Made by a program: the position numbers and the translations under genes. The notes under the pieces were generated by a model that ran no database searches, was not told the DNA's origin, and worked only from the letters and a program-made list of their open reading frames with translations. 64,000 nt of DNA from the human T2T-CHM13v2.0 reference genome, Homo sapiens: NCBI RefSeq assembly GCF_009914755.1, contig NC_060944.1. One strand, given 5' to 3'. This document shows, one piece after another, positions 39,271 to 52,906 of the stretch (position 1 is the first letter of the stretch; the number at the start of each line of letters is the position of its first letter).

Positions 39271-40919
39271 TCTATGATATAGATTTTAAAAATGAAAATG
39301 GGATTAGATCGTATAAGCCATATTCTTTTGTAGCTTATTTCTTTTACTGAAGCTACTTTAATCTCTTCTGTCATTTAATACTCTTCTGCAATATAGTTTT
39401 TAATGTCATAATATTTCCTTTTATGGGAGTACATTAGTTTATCAGTCTCCTTTTATGATTTTAGACTTTGTCATAAAGTTGTTCTTAGAAAAATGACTTG
39501 AATGTTAGATTCTCATAAGAATTAAATATGGAGGGACCTTGGCTGTCTTGGTCCCTGCTATATTTATTAAATAGTGCTGGACATGTAGGAAAATTGTCCA
39601 TCTTATTAGACCTATTGTGTAAAGTAAAATTGAAAGGACATGTGCATTTTTGCAGCTTTGAGAATGTATTGCCAAACTATATATCAGATAATTTTTCAAG
39701 TGTGAAACTAAGGGAATAATTTTTATTTTTGTTTGCAAATGCATACAATATGACTATAGCAATTAGATTTGTTTAATCCCAAAGCTCTCATTCCTTTATG
39801 AGTCTGGAAGTAGTTTGATATGCAAACCTCCTGATTTAGTTATTTTAGACCACCCATTTCGCCTTCAATTATTTTGATTTTGTATCTTCTTCTCTGGGAC
39901 AATCATGCCTCATATCATCCAATTAGCTCAAATTCAGAATGTGGGCACAGGAGGCAGAAATTACTCAACAACTTGATGCTTGTTTAGATTTGAGTCATAC
40001 TTATATTTTAAAAGTAATAATTATAGATTATGATTCAATGAATAATTCTGTATGTTATCAGAAATATTAGTAAGAGAAGCATGAAAATGTGTAATCATAA
40101 GGATGACTTCATTGCCAACTATTGAAAGCTATTTTCAATGATTTGTTTTTCCCCAAAGAGCAGATGGCTTAATTTCCTCAACCATCTTCTGGGGAAAAAA
40201 ACATATATTTAAATAATAAGAAACAGAAAATTCAGTTCATCCTTGTAACATAACAACAAGAAGGTCTTAGCAGTGCTTATATTTCTTTTTACTAAATTAT
40301 CAGATTAAAGAGAATAAAACCTAATCAGCAAAACCGAAGCCTGGCAAGTTATGAAAATTGAAGAAAATAAGGGAAGACAAAAGGAAAAAAAAAGAGATAA
40401 AGGGAGAAAGAAGAGAAGTAAGGAGGGAGAGAAGGAAGGAAAGAAGAAAGGAAGGACGGAAGGCAGTGTAAATAGCAACTCCCCTTTCTAAGAAAAATAT
40501 TTTAAATTAAACTCAAGCGCACTGCTGCTTCCTGTCTCTTAGCAGTCAAGTACTGTTAGGAGACATTCTGCATTAGAAGGGTATAACTTTGATCAAGATT
40601 TTACCAAATAAATTAATTGAGTTTTAAACAAATGCCATCTTTTGAAATACTGCAATCATCAATGACATTGAAAAGGAGACTGAAATCGAACCTTATCTGG
40701 TTCCTGTTTTGTGACAGGTGCTATGTTCACTGTTGTGTTTGGTCTTCACAACAACCTGGTGAGCTAGATGCTTATGTCTGTTTTTAGCATGTGGAAGATT
40801 AATTCAGGGTTTGAAAGTATTTTGTTTAAGGTCAAGTAAAATGTGGAAACAGCGTTAAAAGCAAGTTACCCCTGACTCCACATCTCCTGCTACTTCTGCT
40901 CTTCTAGGAGGGTCGTCCT

Positions 40920-41400
40920 GGAACAGAGACTTAAACGTATGCCAAGGGAGCATGAGCAAGGAGGGCGAGCAGGCTACCGTGGATGGGTGCAGCTGGAGAG
41001 GGTGCAGTGAAAGAGCGTAGTAGGAGATCAACTCAGTGAACCAGCCAAGGTAGGATCACCTAAACCCACGTAGGCAATGGGGGGACTTTGTTCCATTCTA
41101 GTAACACAGAAAGCCATTGCTGGAGTTTCAGCAGAGAAATGATACGATCTGTCTTAGGTTTAAAATACCTGTTGTTCAGAGAATGGGTTGTAGAAGTTTA
41201 AGAGTCGAAACGGGAAGGCCTTTTGGAAATGTATTACAATAATCCAGGATCCAAGCAAGGCATGATGGTGCTTTAGACCAAGACAATAACGATACACATG
41301 AAAGCTATGGATAGATTCTGAACATGTCTTGAAAGTGCAGCCAAGATAATTTCTTTGTAGGTTGACTCTGGGGTGCGAGAGAATGCGAGAATGAAGAATG
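40920..41400 (-). mobile_element. L2 fragment
   Basis: aagccattgctggagtttcagcagagaaatgatacgatctg...atggatagattctgaacat. Confidence 0.65.
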
Positions 41401-43049
41401 TAATATAAGAAATAAGAAAGACAGCCAGATTATGACTCTGGTTCATTGTTATTTTATATACAGAACAATTCCTTTGCCCCTAAAAATCTCAGGCTGTCAG
41501 AAGACAGTTGTGACAGAAGAAGTGTTGGAACTCAGCTTCAGGGCTACATGAAGGATTTGTTTTATTTTACCTGCAGTTTTTTTTTGCTTTTTAAATATAT
41601 TTTTTGATATCAGACTCCTAGTATATGAAGGGTTTAATGTTAGACATGTCCTAAGGAGCAGACGGAGGGCAAGCCAATCTTCTAGCTTGTTTATGACTTC
41701 AGCACCAAAGAACAATTTGTTACCATTTATTTCTATTGCCAAGACCTGAGAAGGTTGGGCAGGTGCTATAGAAATCGTATTTTTCATCAATGCATTATTC
41801 TTTATGATCATATATCTATATGCTATTCTTTCGCTTGTGACAGATGTTGTGAATGTGTGTCTGTGTGTTGCGGGAGGGGAGTGTGAGGATTGTATGGATG
41901 AGGAGGAGGTCTTTTTAGAATAAGAACCATTTGTTTATGATCAAGTTTGAAGTACAGTGTTATTATATTTCCTAAGGCTCTCATTTAAATTTGAAGGTGG
42001 AGAAAACTCAATTTTGCTATTATAATTGGTGAATATTTTTCCAGACTAAAATTCAACATCTTTTTTGAAACTATCCTCTTTTGGAAGACCCTTTAACCCA
42101 GTAAAATCATTTCCTCTAGGCAAAGAATGTGGATGGAGAAGAGCCAGCGGGTTGGTTCCATAGCACCCTTTAGTAGATAGAAGAAATTATTTCTTAAATT
42201 TCCTTGTATCCAAAGTAAATTATAGAACAAAATCTTGAAATGCGTTCTGATTTGGAGGACTCAGATTGATCCTGAAAGCTTCAGTAGTTATTTTGGAGAA
42301 AGAAGAGGTACAGCATTTCTAAAGCAAGGAAGAGGAGTGGATGCAGGCAAATAATTTCTCCAAGTCAGAGAGAGGTGGCAAGAAAATTAGGGTAATTTTA
42401 AAAGGAGGAGCTTAGAGAGTAAGGAATCTGTTCAGAAGGGAAAATGAGGCCTTATTACCTGGGTGCATGGATCCAAGTGGGTGAATATAGCAAAGGATCA
42501 TATTGGTTATCATGTAGAGCTGAGTCATACCCTGGAGGTTATTGAAGGAAGATCTCATGCCTGCTCTCATGGAACACTAATTCTGGTGGGTCTTCACTTT
42601 TTCACCTGCAAACGCTTTGCTCATTGACTACTTACTGGGAGGGCAAAAGTTTCTGCTTCGATACTTTGGTTGGTCTGATTTGATTCCCTCATGTGGATAT
42701 CTCAGGATACCCAATACCCATCAGCAAAGAATTCAGAGATGGATCTCTGCAAACCTAGGGAGATAGTGATGGTAAGGCCGCCACCCCAAGACTGGCTGTG
42801 TGGCGGGACAAACGTGAAATTGAACCAGCTTGGGACCATCCTGGAGCTATGACGGTCGTTAATCACTGCCTTGCTCATTCTTTTTTGTGACGTGACTAAG
42901 GAACAATTCTCTCTCAAGCACAAATTGGCCAGGAAATAAGAGAAAATGTCCACATAGAATGGACATTCCTGAGATTTGCAGCCACTAGAAAACTGAACCA
43001 CAAGAGACTGGTAGAGTCACCAGGTTATGGAGCTTATGATATGGTGAAA

Positions 43050-43918
43050 TAGTCATGCTTAGCTTAACAACAGGGATTCACTCTGAGAAATGCACTGTTA
43101 GGCGGTTTTAACATTGTGGGAACATCATAGAGTGCACTTACAGCAGCCTAGATGGCATAGACTATACACACCTAGGCTTTATGGTGTAGCCTATTGCCCC
43201 TAAGTTACAAACCTGCATAGTACGTTATTGTACTGCATATTGTAGGCAATTGTAAGACAATGGTAAGTATTTGTGTATCTAAACATAGAAAAAGTACAGT
43301 AAAAATGTGGCATAAATGATAAAAAAAAATGGTATACCTGCACAAGGCACTCATGAGTGGTGCTTGCAGGGCTGGAAGTTGCTCTGGTGAGTCAGTGGGT
43401 GAGTGGTGAATAAATGCGAAGGCCTAGGACATTACTAGGCACAACTATAGACTTTATAAACTCTGTACACTTAGGCTACACTAATGTGCAAAAAAATGAA
43501 CCTTAGCTTACTGTAAAATTTTTACTGTATAAACTTTTTAAATTTGTAAATTTTTGACTTTTGTAATAACACTTAGCTTAAAACACTAGCATATTGTACA
43601 GCTGTACAAAAATATTTCTTTTTTATATCCTTATTTTATAAGCTTTTTTCTACTTTTAAAATTATATTTTTTTATTTTTAAACTTTTCTGTTAAAACCTA
43701 AGACACAAACACACACATTAGACTAGGACGACACAGGGTCAAGATCATCAACATTACTGTCTTTAGCTTCCACATCTTGTCCCACTAGAAGGTCTTCAGG
43801 GGCAATAACTTGCATAGAGCTGTCATCTCCTAGGATAACAGTGTCTTCTTCTAGAATACCTCCTGAAGAACACATTTTACAGGTAACTTTGTAAAAATAA
43901 GTAGAATGAATATACTCT
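43050..43918. mobile_element. Tigger3 (Golem) DNA transposon, truncated
   Basis: agtcatgct...ctgagaaatgcactgttaggcggttt...gggctggaagttgctctggtgagtcagtg...cccactagaaggtcttcaggggc. Confidence 0.88.
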
Positions 43919-44359
43919 ACTTATATAGGATTGAAAGAAGAGAAACACATTAGATGAGCACACATTCATCTTGGCTTTGTTTCTGGGAGCACGTTCTTAA
44001 TAATGGACCATGGACTGTTCCAAACAGTGGACAGTAGTTCTATTGAGTTGAAGAGGCAGAGAATGGAATTTGATATAGAGGTAGCTGTAGTATTTGGACT
44101 AGAGTAGTAGCAAGTTAGAAGCTGGGGAATATGTAGGGAAGGAAAGGGGTAACTTAGATATCAGAGCCAGTCCTGTGAAGTTAGAGATTGGGGTGCTCGT
44201 GCAGCTAGATTGGAAGCACTTTGCTGATCACTTCATGTACTCAGTTGAGATCCCCAAAGGCCACAGGTTAGAAGCAAGGGATATATCCTATGGTAAAGGA
44301 AAAATTCAAGTTATACCTCTTCTAGCAAGGCATAAAATCAAACCTGATAGGATCCAGAA

Positions 44360-46235
44360 CTGGTGATTTAACTGCCTACCAGAATCAACACCTTTTTTTT
44401 TTTTTTTAACAGAATGACTATGTAAACCAGACTCCCTACAAAATGTACCATTTCATAATGACCAGCATATAATCCAAAACTTCTAAACATGTAAAAATGT
44501 CACCTAAAATCTAGAGCAAGGATCAGCAAACAATGGCCTGATAGCCAAGTGATCTGCCACCTGTTTTAGTGCTACAGTCTTATTGGAACACAGATCATTT
44601 GTTTACAATTAAATTTGTAACAATTTAATTAAGGTTAGAGCTTAATTAATTGGCTATTGCCAATAAAACTTTGGCCATTTTTCATCTATGGCTATTTTTG
44701 TGCTACAGTGGCAGAGTTGAGTAGTTGTGACAGAACCTGTAATCCCACAAAACTGAAAATATTTACTATCTAACCCTCTACAAAAAAAGTTTATCAACAT
44801 TAAAAGTGGGCAATTGAAATATACTCCAAGATGGTCCAGATTTTGGAATTTGTAGACAAAGATTTCAAAGAAACTATTTTTAATGTATTCAATTTTTTTA
44901 AATAAGGATAAACATAATGAGTGAATATATGAGAAAACTTAGTACAGAAAATAAAGTATACCAATGGATATTCTAGAAATTGAAAGTAAAATAATTATAA
45001 TATCTAAAATGAAAAAGTCACTGAATAAACATAACTAGAGATGAGGTGCTACAGAAGGAGTTTAAATAAACTTGAATTTGATTAAATAGAAATTACCCAA
45101 GCTGAAGAACAGAGAAAAAAATTAAACGACTCAGTGTCTTTTAAGGTGGTCCCAAATGGTTTTTAATAAGTAAAATTGAAGTCCTATAGGGACAGGAGAG
45201 AGAGAAGGGGACAGAAAATTATTTGAAGATATTCAAATTTTGAACATTTTAAAATTATGTTGAAAACAGCAGCCCATTGATTCAAGACTTTCAGTAAATA
45301 CCAAACAAGATAAGTATAAAACACATACACACCCCTAAGCACCTCATAGTAAAACTGAGAAAAATGTAAAGTCAAAGGTAAAGAAAGAAAATCCTAACAG
45401 TCACAGAAAAAGGCAATTCATACATCAGAGAACATGCTACAAATGATGACTGACTTTTCATCAGAAACAATAACTAGAGGACTTTTTTAAGTTCTGAGAG
45501 AGACAGAGACTATACATACAATACTCTAGTCCACAAAGCATTTTTTAAAGATGGTGGTAAAATAAAAATACTTCTAGATTTTAAAATGGACATGCATCGC
45601 AAGAAATGTCAAAGAAAGTTCTTCTGGCCAAAGGGAAATGATATCTCTGGGAATGAATAAAAATATCTACAAATGATATATGGATAAATACAAAAATCTA
45701 ACTTTTTTTCAAAATTTCATTTATTTCTACTATTTAAATTAAAATATAGCTTAAAAATATGAAGAAGTGAAATATGAGACAATAATTGCATAAATAATTG
45801 AGGTGGCAAATGAAATTATACCAGTATATTATGTTTCTTACATTTTGCATGAAGTGACACAATGTTAATGATAGTTTATGATAAATGAAAAATACATATT
45901 GTTATACTTAAGGAAGCCACTAAAAATATATCAATCAGGGAGAGCTCAAAAGCAAATAGAGGAAATAAAATAGCATGCTAAAATAAATGAGTGAACACAT
46001 GGGTAACAAATATTCAGTTAACCCAGATGAAAACAGGGAAAAGAAAACAGAGGTACAAAGAGTAGACGAAACAGGTAGAAAACAAATAGCAAAACTGTGG
46101 ACTTATCACAACCATATCAATAATTACATCAAATGTAAATGCTAAAGGGTCTATTTGAAAGGCCTTTTCACGATAGATTAAAACCAAATAAAAGGAAAAA
46201 CCAACTATTTGCTTTCCACAAAAATACACTTTAAA
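44360..46235 (+). mobile_element. Old L1M (ORF1 region to ORF2 start), degenerate
   Basis: gacaaagatttcaaagaaactat...aattacccaagctgaagaacagaga...gctgacttttcatcagaaacaa...taattacatcaaatgtaaatg. Confidence 0.75.
44513..44800. mobile_element. MER58A inside L1M, with an extra ~75-bp insertion
   Basis: tattggaacacag...gtggcagagttgagtagttgtgacaga...aaaatatttactatct. Confidence 0.85.
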
Positions 46236-46309
46236 AGAATATTAGAAGGCAGAAAGCAGTTAATAAAAGTAACCCTGGAATAATTTTGGATAAGTATTAA
46301 GAGCTTTTA

Positions 46310-46857
46310 TCACTCAGGATTCTTAGTTGCAAGCAAGAGAAGTCGTCACTTTTTGGTTTAAATGGAAAGGAATGTACTAAAAGATGCTGGGTAGTTCACA
46401 GATACCCTGAGAGAGCCAAAGAAGTAGGTTTGGAGTTTGTGCAGCCAGGCATAATGCCCCAAAGTAGTCCTTAGATGATACAACTATCATGGCTGCTTGG
46501 ACATGGATACCATAGGTTGTACTACCAGTGCCACCAGCTGTGGCCCTGGGATGCTTCTAAAACCATTAACTGCTGCCTCCTGGAGAATGGATATAGCTAC
46601 TACTCTCTAGTACCACTTGCCTTCCTTTTGTTACTAACACCTTCCTTGTACTACTATTTTAATTCAAAGTCTGGAGTGCGTGTCTCTGAATGACAGAGCT
46701 CAGAATATGCATTCTAGCATGTCTTAGCTGCTACAGATTCTGGGAAAGTATTTGACATTTTCAGTATCTATAATGAGAAGAAAGCTCTGACTCATAAAGT
46801 AGGCAATATTTTCCCAACAGGGAAATGGAAGCTAAAAATATACGACGAATTCCACTA
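46310..46857. mobile_element. Ancient MLT1-type LTR
   Basis: tcaggattcttagttgcaagcaagagaa terminus. Confidence 0.55.
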
Positions 46858-48494
46858 GAGATTAAAGCTTTGAGTCAGATACTCGACAACTTTACTATGT
46901 ATGTTGTCTTGGTAGGATGAGTTTTTTTTTTTTATGTTTTTCTAAGCATTGGGTTTCTATAAAATTGTAAGTTTCACATTGAGTCTGTTATGATTAAATG
47001 AGATGACAATTAAACATTTATTACAGAATCTTGCACAGAATAGATAGTTACATGTTATTATTACATATAATCTAGTAGTATAATTGTTACTGAAGGAGAT
47101 ATCTTATCAGCAGGAAATGGAGGGCTGGTTTATTAGAAGAATTATTAATTTGGTTTTGACCTCATTGAGCTTAGGATATTAAAATATATAAAAGTTAAAA
47201 TAGATCACAAAAAGATGCTGGTTATAGCAGTCAGGGTCTCCAGATATTCAGTATTAGAGATATTAATTCTTCACTTTGTGGTAGTAGGTAAATATATGGG
47301 AGGCGCTTCTGTGAAATTAAACCATGTACATTTTCCTTTTGCCTGAAAGGACCAAATCAACAGCTAAAGAGCCCCTTTACTTCCTGATTAAGATTTAGAT
47401 CAAATCATAAAAAGAGAATGAAGATTATACATATTTTATGTCCTGGCCTCTATAGTAGTGATTAATAATTTTTCATGCCCCGGAGACAAAGTGGAACTAC
47501 TGTTTTATAGGCATGTGCAGAAAGGAAATAAAGTACCCACAGCTGTAATAGACCATGTTGTTGGTCAGAGGTTCTTTAGGAGAGCCTTTTGTTAGAGAAT
47601 GGTTTTTGATTAAATCTTAGATTTATTTAGAATTGTTTTCTCAGATATTTTGTGATTGTTTTTCTCATAGAAATAATGCTACATTGAATGGTAATTGAAT
47701 TTTGGGTACAAATAAGCCACTTATTCATGTGTGATGTTGTGCATTTGTAAATAGTCTGCGTTTAGGAAGGATTTTTAAGGTACTGGTAGGTGGTTATTTT
47801 TAAAATACTCCCTAAGTTAGGAAACTCTCTACAAGATTGTAACTGCAAGCTGCTCATAGAAATTTATTTCATGCCAAAATTCTGCTGATGGTGTTGATTT
47901 CAAACACAGAAGACAGAAATAATAAACTTGAATGGATAAGAGCTGTCTCTTTGAACTTGAGCTACAGGAAGCCACTGGCATCATGATCTTTTTAAAGAGT
48001 GGCTCTGGGAATTATTTCAGAAGGGCTTTTTCATGACCACCTTGACTTCCAACCTTTCACTATACGTGCCTCATTTGTACTGTTCCTCCTGGATTCCTCA
48101 GCAACTTCTAATGGGCCTCTTTTGGTCTTGTTTCTACCCACTTCAATCCATCCTCTTCCCTTCAGCCAAGGGGGAAAAAAATCTAACACCCTAATCTGAC
48201 CGTGTCACTCACTGCTTATACCTAAACAGTAATCCCTTCCTGCATAGTGATGTCACCAAAGTGTGGAAAATATGCAGAATTTCTTTAAGGGGACACAGTA
48301 TTAATCATCATCAGTTCACATGATGAGAACACTATTTCTTTTGTGATATTTTCCTCAGGATCTTATCAGAGAAATTGAAAATCTTAGTTTTGTGCTAATA
48401 CAATGTTCAACCTCCCTATGAGTTATTTGTGTCCCCTTTTAACTAAATGGGAGCAATACCCATGTTCAGAGTCATTATCAAATAACAGTTTTTA

Positions 48495-49474
48495 GCTAGA
48501 ATTTAATAGCATTATTTTTGTTTAATAACATCCCCCAAAACAGCCATGACCTTTGCTCTTGACCAGTTGGCTTGTGTTTTAGCTGGAGCACTTCCACCTC
48601 TTGGTAGCTATTGCTTTGATTGTGCTTCGTCTTTAGGATTGTACTGGTTGGCCGGGGGTGGTGGCTCACGCCTGTAATCCCAGAACGTTGGGAGGCCGAG
48701 GTGGGAGGACTGCTTGAGCCCAGGAGTTCAAGACCAGCCTGGGCAACATAGCAAGACCCCATCTCAAAAGAAAAAAAAAGGATTGTACTGGTAATGCTAT
48801 GTTTCATCTCCTGTTGTGATTATTCAAAGAAATGCCTCAGAATCTTAATCCCACTTGTTTAAAATGTGCATTGAAAGCCCTGTTCTTGTCTGCAGCTGAT
48901 CTGGGTACAATGATTTTGGCACACATTGAGTGCCAAAATCAATTAAAGTTTGCTCAGCTTTAATTTTTCCATCAGAATTGTGCAAGCTGAGCCAGTTGAG
49001 ATGTCTGTGGTGTTGGCTATTGTCTGTGCCATTAATCATTGGTCCTCTTCAATTAGGGCATGTACGAGAGGAATTTTTTCCTTACAAATTGAGGTGGATG
49101 GTCTACTGCTACGGGCTTTGACTTCCACCTTGTCTTGTTCCTTCTTAAAACAAGTTATCCCTTCCCAAACTGCTGATTTCACGGGGGCATTGTCCCCATG
49201 AACTTTTCAAAAAGCATCAATGAGTTCACCATCTTTCACTCAAGCTTCATTATCAATAAGATGGTTCCTCTTGCTTTAATTTTAGCAGATTTCATTTTTC
49301 TCTGATAGGGGCTCTTTTAAAATGGATGTCTTACCATTCTTAGTGCCTCAAACTAGATTCTGTTTAGGTATGTTCTAACAAGTTAGTACAAATTTAATTT
49401 GGTGCAAAAACATTTTGAAATCCATGTGTATTCCTTCACAATATACATTTTCATGGCCTTTTTGAAGGCCCTTG
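48495..49474 (-). mobile_element. HSMAR2 mariner transposon, 5' portion with decayed transposase
   Basis: Minus strand begins caagggccttcaaaaaggccatgaaaatg (HSMAR2 TIR-like); ORF 48845-49039 has CVPKSL (mariner WVPxxL motif) followed by PDQLQTR. Confidence 0.88.
48650..48778 (+). mobile_element. FLAM_C/free left Alu monomer
   Basis: Monomer with A tail; perfect 14-bp TSD aggattgtactggt 48635-48648 / 48779-48792. Confidence 0.92.
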
Positions 49475-49769
49475 ATTTACCTTGATTTATGACAGGTTAT
49501 GCTGACTTTCCATTTGGGGAATAATATAATTTTTAAAATTTATGTATAAAATGTAATAATTTACAAAGAGATATCGAGTAGGCAATGTTACAGAGAGTTA
49601 ACGATATGGCAAAAGTTGTAAAGGAAATAAACTGTGAAATTTAATACTGCATGAATATAGCAAGAGGTTGCAAAGATAGCCTTCACATCACTGACATTTA
49701 GAAAAAACTGAGCTATGTGGAAATGTCCAAGCTACTTTAAATTTAGCTCTTGGCTGTAGCCCAACATTA

Positions 49770-50300
49770 TTGTGGCACAGCTCCTCATCACTGCCTTCTG
49801 CCTGGCTAACATAATCCCATTTCCCCCCTGTATCCATTAGCCATGCCCTTTAGGGGAAACCTGGTGAATCTTGACTGGCCCAAACCAATTGTGATATGAT
49901 CCTTCTCTTTCTGGGTGTCTGGTTCAGGCAGTAGTATGTAACCCAATTCTATACAGAGGGACACAAGGGCTCATGTACTTGGATGGTTTTTGTCAACTTA
50001 GGGGAGTTTTCCTAATTTCCCCTGGATATAGCTATGAAGGAAAGAAATGCCTGAAACTCCAACAGTCATCTTGAGACTCAGGAATCTAAAGCCAGAGCAC
50101 AACCCCAATCACCTGAAGATGCTAGGACAGAAAGATGGTAAGAAATAGTGTGCAAAGACAGTTGGGACACCAAAGTATCCAGTCATGCAGCTGCCCTATC
50201 TCCAGATTTCTTGTTCAATGAAATAAATTCCTTATTGTCTAATCCCGCCATGTAGTTAGATTTTGTTTTTTTTTGACTTGCAGCTGAATGTGTCTCACAT
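49770..50300 (+). mobile_element. Old MLT1 (K/L-like) LTR
   Basis: ggcagtagtatgtaacccaattc...cagtcatcttgaga...aataaattcctta. Confidence 0.5.
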
Positions 50301-51879
50301 GATTCACGAATCTCTTGACTCTTCTTGCCTCATGACTTCCCCTCCGGAAGAGCATCTACCTTTCAGTCCTCCAGCCCTTTAGGATATTTTTGGCTTCTGA
50401 GTTTTTTCTCAAGTGGCTTCCTCTGCCGGGAATGCCATCTTCCTTCCTCTCGTTGCACATGGCTTGATCTTTAAAAACTCAACTCAGAAGCCACCTCAGA
50501 AGCCTTTCATGATAGAACTTAGTGAGTACCGAGTGCTCAGAGTCTTTACTGTGAGCAGTCAGTATTCACTAAGCTCTAGCACTGGCTCACTTTACTCTGA
50601 GCACTCAGTACTCACCATTGCCTTCTTATACAGGCTGTGATTTTCTAATGGTGTTCCTGTTTTTCTCTGTACACTCTGCTACTTAAGTATAGGAATAATC
50701 TATTTAACTTGGTATCCCAAGATTCTCATTACGTCTTTGGGCAGGAAAGATTATTTGAAATATTTATCCAAAACAGTTCTCCCACAGAGCAGTAGAGTGG
50801 GTAGCCACTGAAAGCTAGTTATTTGAAACTGGGGTTCCAAACCTGATTCTGTTTAGCAAAGCAACACAAGCATCAGTTTCCTTAGCTGGAAAACTGATAG
50901 AACCATAGTATTTACCTCCTATGTATTTAAATGATATAATGATGCACGTAAATTACCCATTTCATGATAAATTTGGTCATTATTCACAACTCACGAGCTT
51001 TCCCCATGAGTTTAGCTGTGTGCCCAGAGACGTGATAAACAAGTCTACACTTAAAAAAAATCTGCTATTCATGCCTGTCTCTAGTTCTTGGTGTAAGAAT
51101 GAGAATCTCCAGCCCATTGACATTGTATTTTAGAACCTTACACTTAACTCAGTGCATGCCTCTTGTATTTGAGAACTATGCTTCATCTGGTATCTAGGCC
51201 ACAAATGCACATTGTTTAAAGCAAAAAACAAATGTTCGTGATGCTTGATGCATAATTTAACCTTTTCATCATTTGATGTGAAGTCTAAATTAATCTAAAA
51301 GGATGATATTCATATGAGAAAAAATGTTTGACCTTTAATGATACTTTCATTTCTTGACATTCTTTATTCATCCTGGAACCTGTTGCTAATTTTAAGTGAC
51401 TCCCTTTCATGTATGTTCAAGTGTGGTTTTGAAGTATAATTTGAAAAAGCAAGAAGCAGAGAAAAAGTGGAGGGAGAGTGGGCAGAGGGAGGTAGGAAGG
51501 GAGGAAAGGAGAAGTGGTGAAAGATAAAACCTAAATCTTCATCAATAAGTGAAAGGCTGTTTGAATAAGTTGTAAGACATCCCTATATGAAATATTATGC
51601 AAGTATTTAACAAAATGGTTTAGATCTTTATAGATTCACCTGAAAGTATTCTGTGACATATTAAATAAGAAATGCAGGTTACAGATTAGTATGTACAGGA
51701 TGTGCATGTAAGCTATATACATTCTCGTTTGTATGAGCCAAAAAAAAATGTGTGGAAGGAGAGACACAAAACTGTGTTGTAATATTGGCTTTCTTAAGGA
51801 GGAAGGAGACAGAAAGGTTTAACATTTCCTCCATATCTATACCATTTGACTTTCTGTAATAAGCATGTATTTAAAAAAA

Positions 51880-52550
51880 AATCTTTATTGAGGTATAATT
51901 CACCATAAAATCTAGCCACTAATGTGTACAATTCAATAATTTTTACTAAATCTACCAAGTTGTGAAACCATCACCATAATTTATTTCTAGGACATTTTAT
52001 CACTTCAGTAAAAAGCCTCGTACCTCATTACAATTAATGCCAATTCCCACCCTCAGCCTCAAGCAACCACTAATTTACTTTCTGACTCTACAGATTTACC
52101 TTTTCCAGACATTTCTTAGAGGTGAAATCCTATGATATGTGGTCTTTTGTGTGTGGCTTCCTTCACTTACCTTAATGTTTTTCAGGTTCATCCACGTTGT
52201 AGCTTGTATCAGTACCACATTCCCTTTTATGGTTGAAGCATGTTCTATTGTATGGATATAGCACAGTTGGCTTATCCATTCACCAATTAATGGATGTTTG
52301 GATAGGCTTGCCAGATTAAATACAAAAATTAAATGCCCCATTTGATTTGTTTAATTTGGCCCAAATAATTTGGAACATACTTACACTAAAAAAAGATTCA
52401 TTTTTTTCTGAAATTTAAATGTAATCAAACATCTCATGTTTTTATTCACTAGATTTGGCAAATTTGAGGTATCCGCTTTTTGACTATTATGAATAACGCT
52501 GCTGTGAACATTTGCATGCTAGTGTCTGTATAGATGAGCATGCATTTTTG
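51880..52550 (-). mobile_element. L1MB 3' end interrupted by MER53
   Basis: ctttattgaggtataattcacc...tatccattcaccaattaatggatgtttgg | MER53 | ctattatgaataacgctgctgtgaacatt. Confidence 0.85.
52302..52468. mobile_element. MER53 palindromic MITE
   Basis: taggcttgccagattaaa...agatttggcaaattt. Confidence 0.7.
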
Positions 52551-52619
52551 TAAATTGAAAAATAAGCTTAAACGTTTGAAACTTTTATAAATAATATGCT
52601 TAAAAGTTTTTTTAAGATT

Positions 52620-52906
52620 GGCTGGGCACAGTGGTATAATTTCAACCCTTGTGAGGCCGAGGCAGAAGGAAGGATCACTTGACGTAGAGTTCAAGGCCAG
52701 CTCTGGCAACATAGCGAGACCCCCATGTCTACAAAAAAAATTTTTTTAAATTATATGGGTACGATGGTGTGTGCCTGTAATCCCAGCTACTCAGGAGGAA
52801 GATTTCTTAAGTGCTGATTGTGCCTCTGCACTCCAGCCTGGGTGACAGAGTGAGACCTCGCCTCAAAAAAAAAAAAAAAAATAGAAATAAAAAATAAATA
52901 AATAAA
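52620..52906 (+). mobile_element. AluJ with internal deletions
   Basis: ggcaacatagcgagacccc; A-rich tail. Confidence 0.88.
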
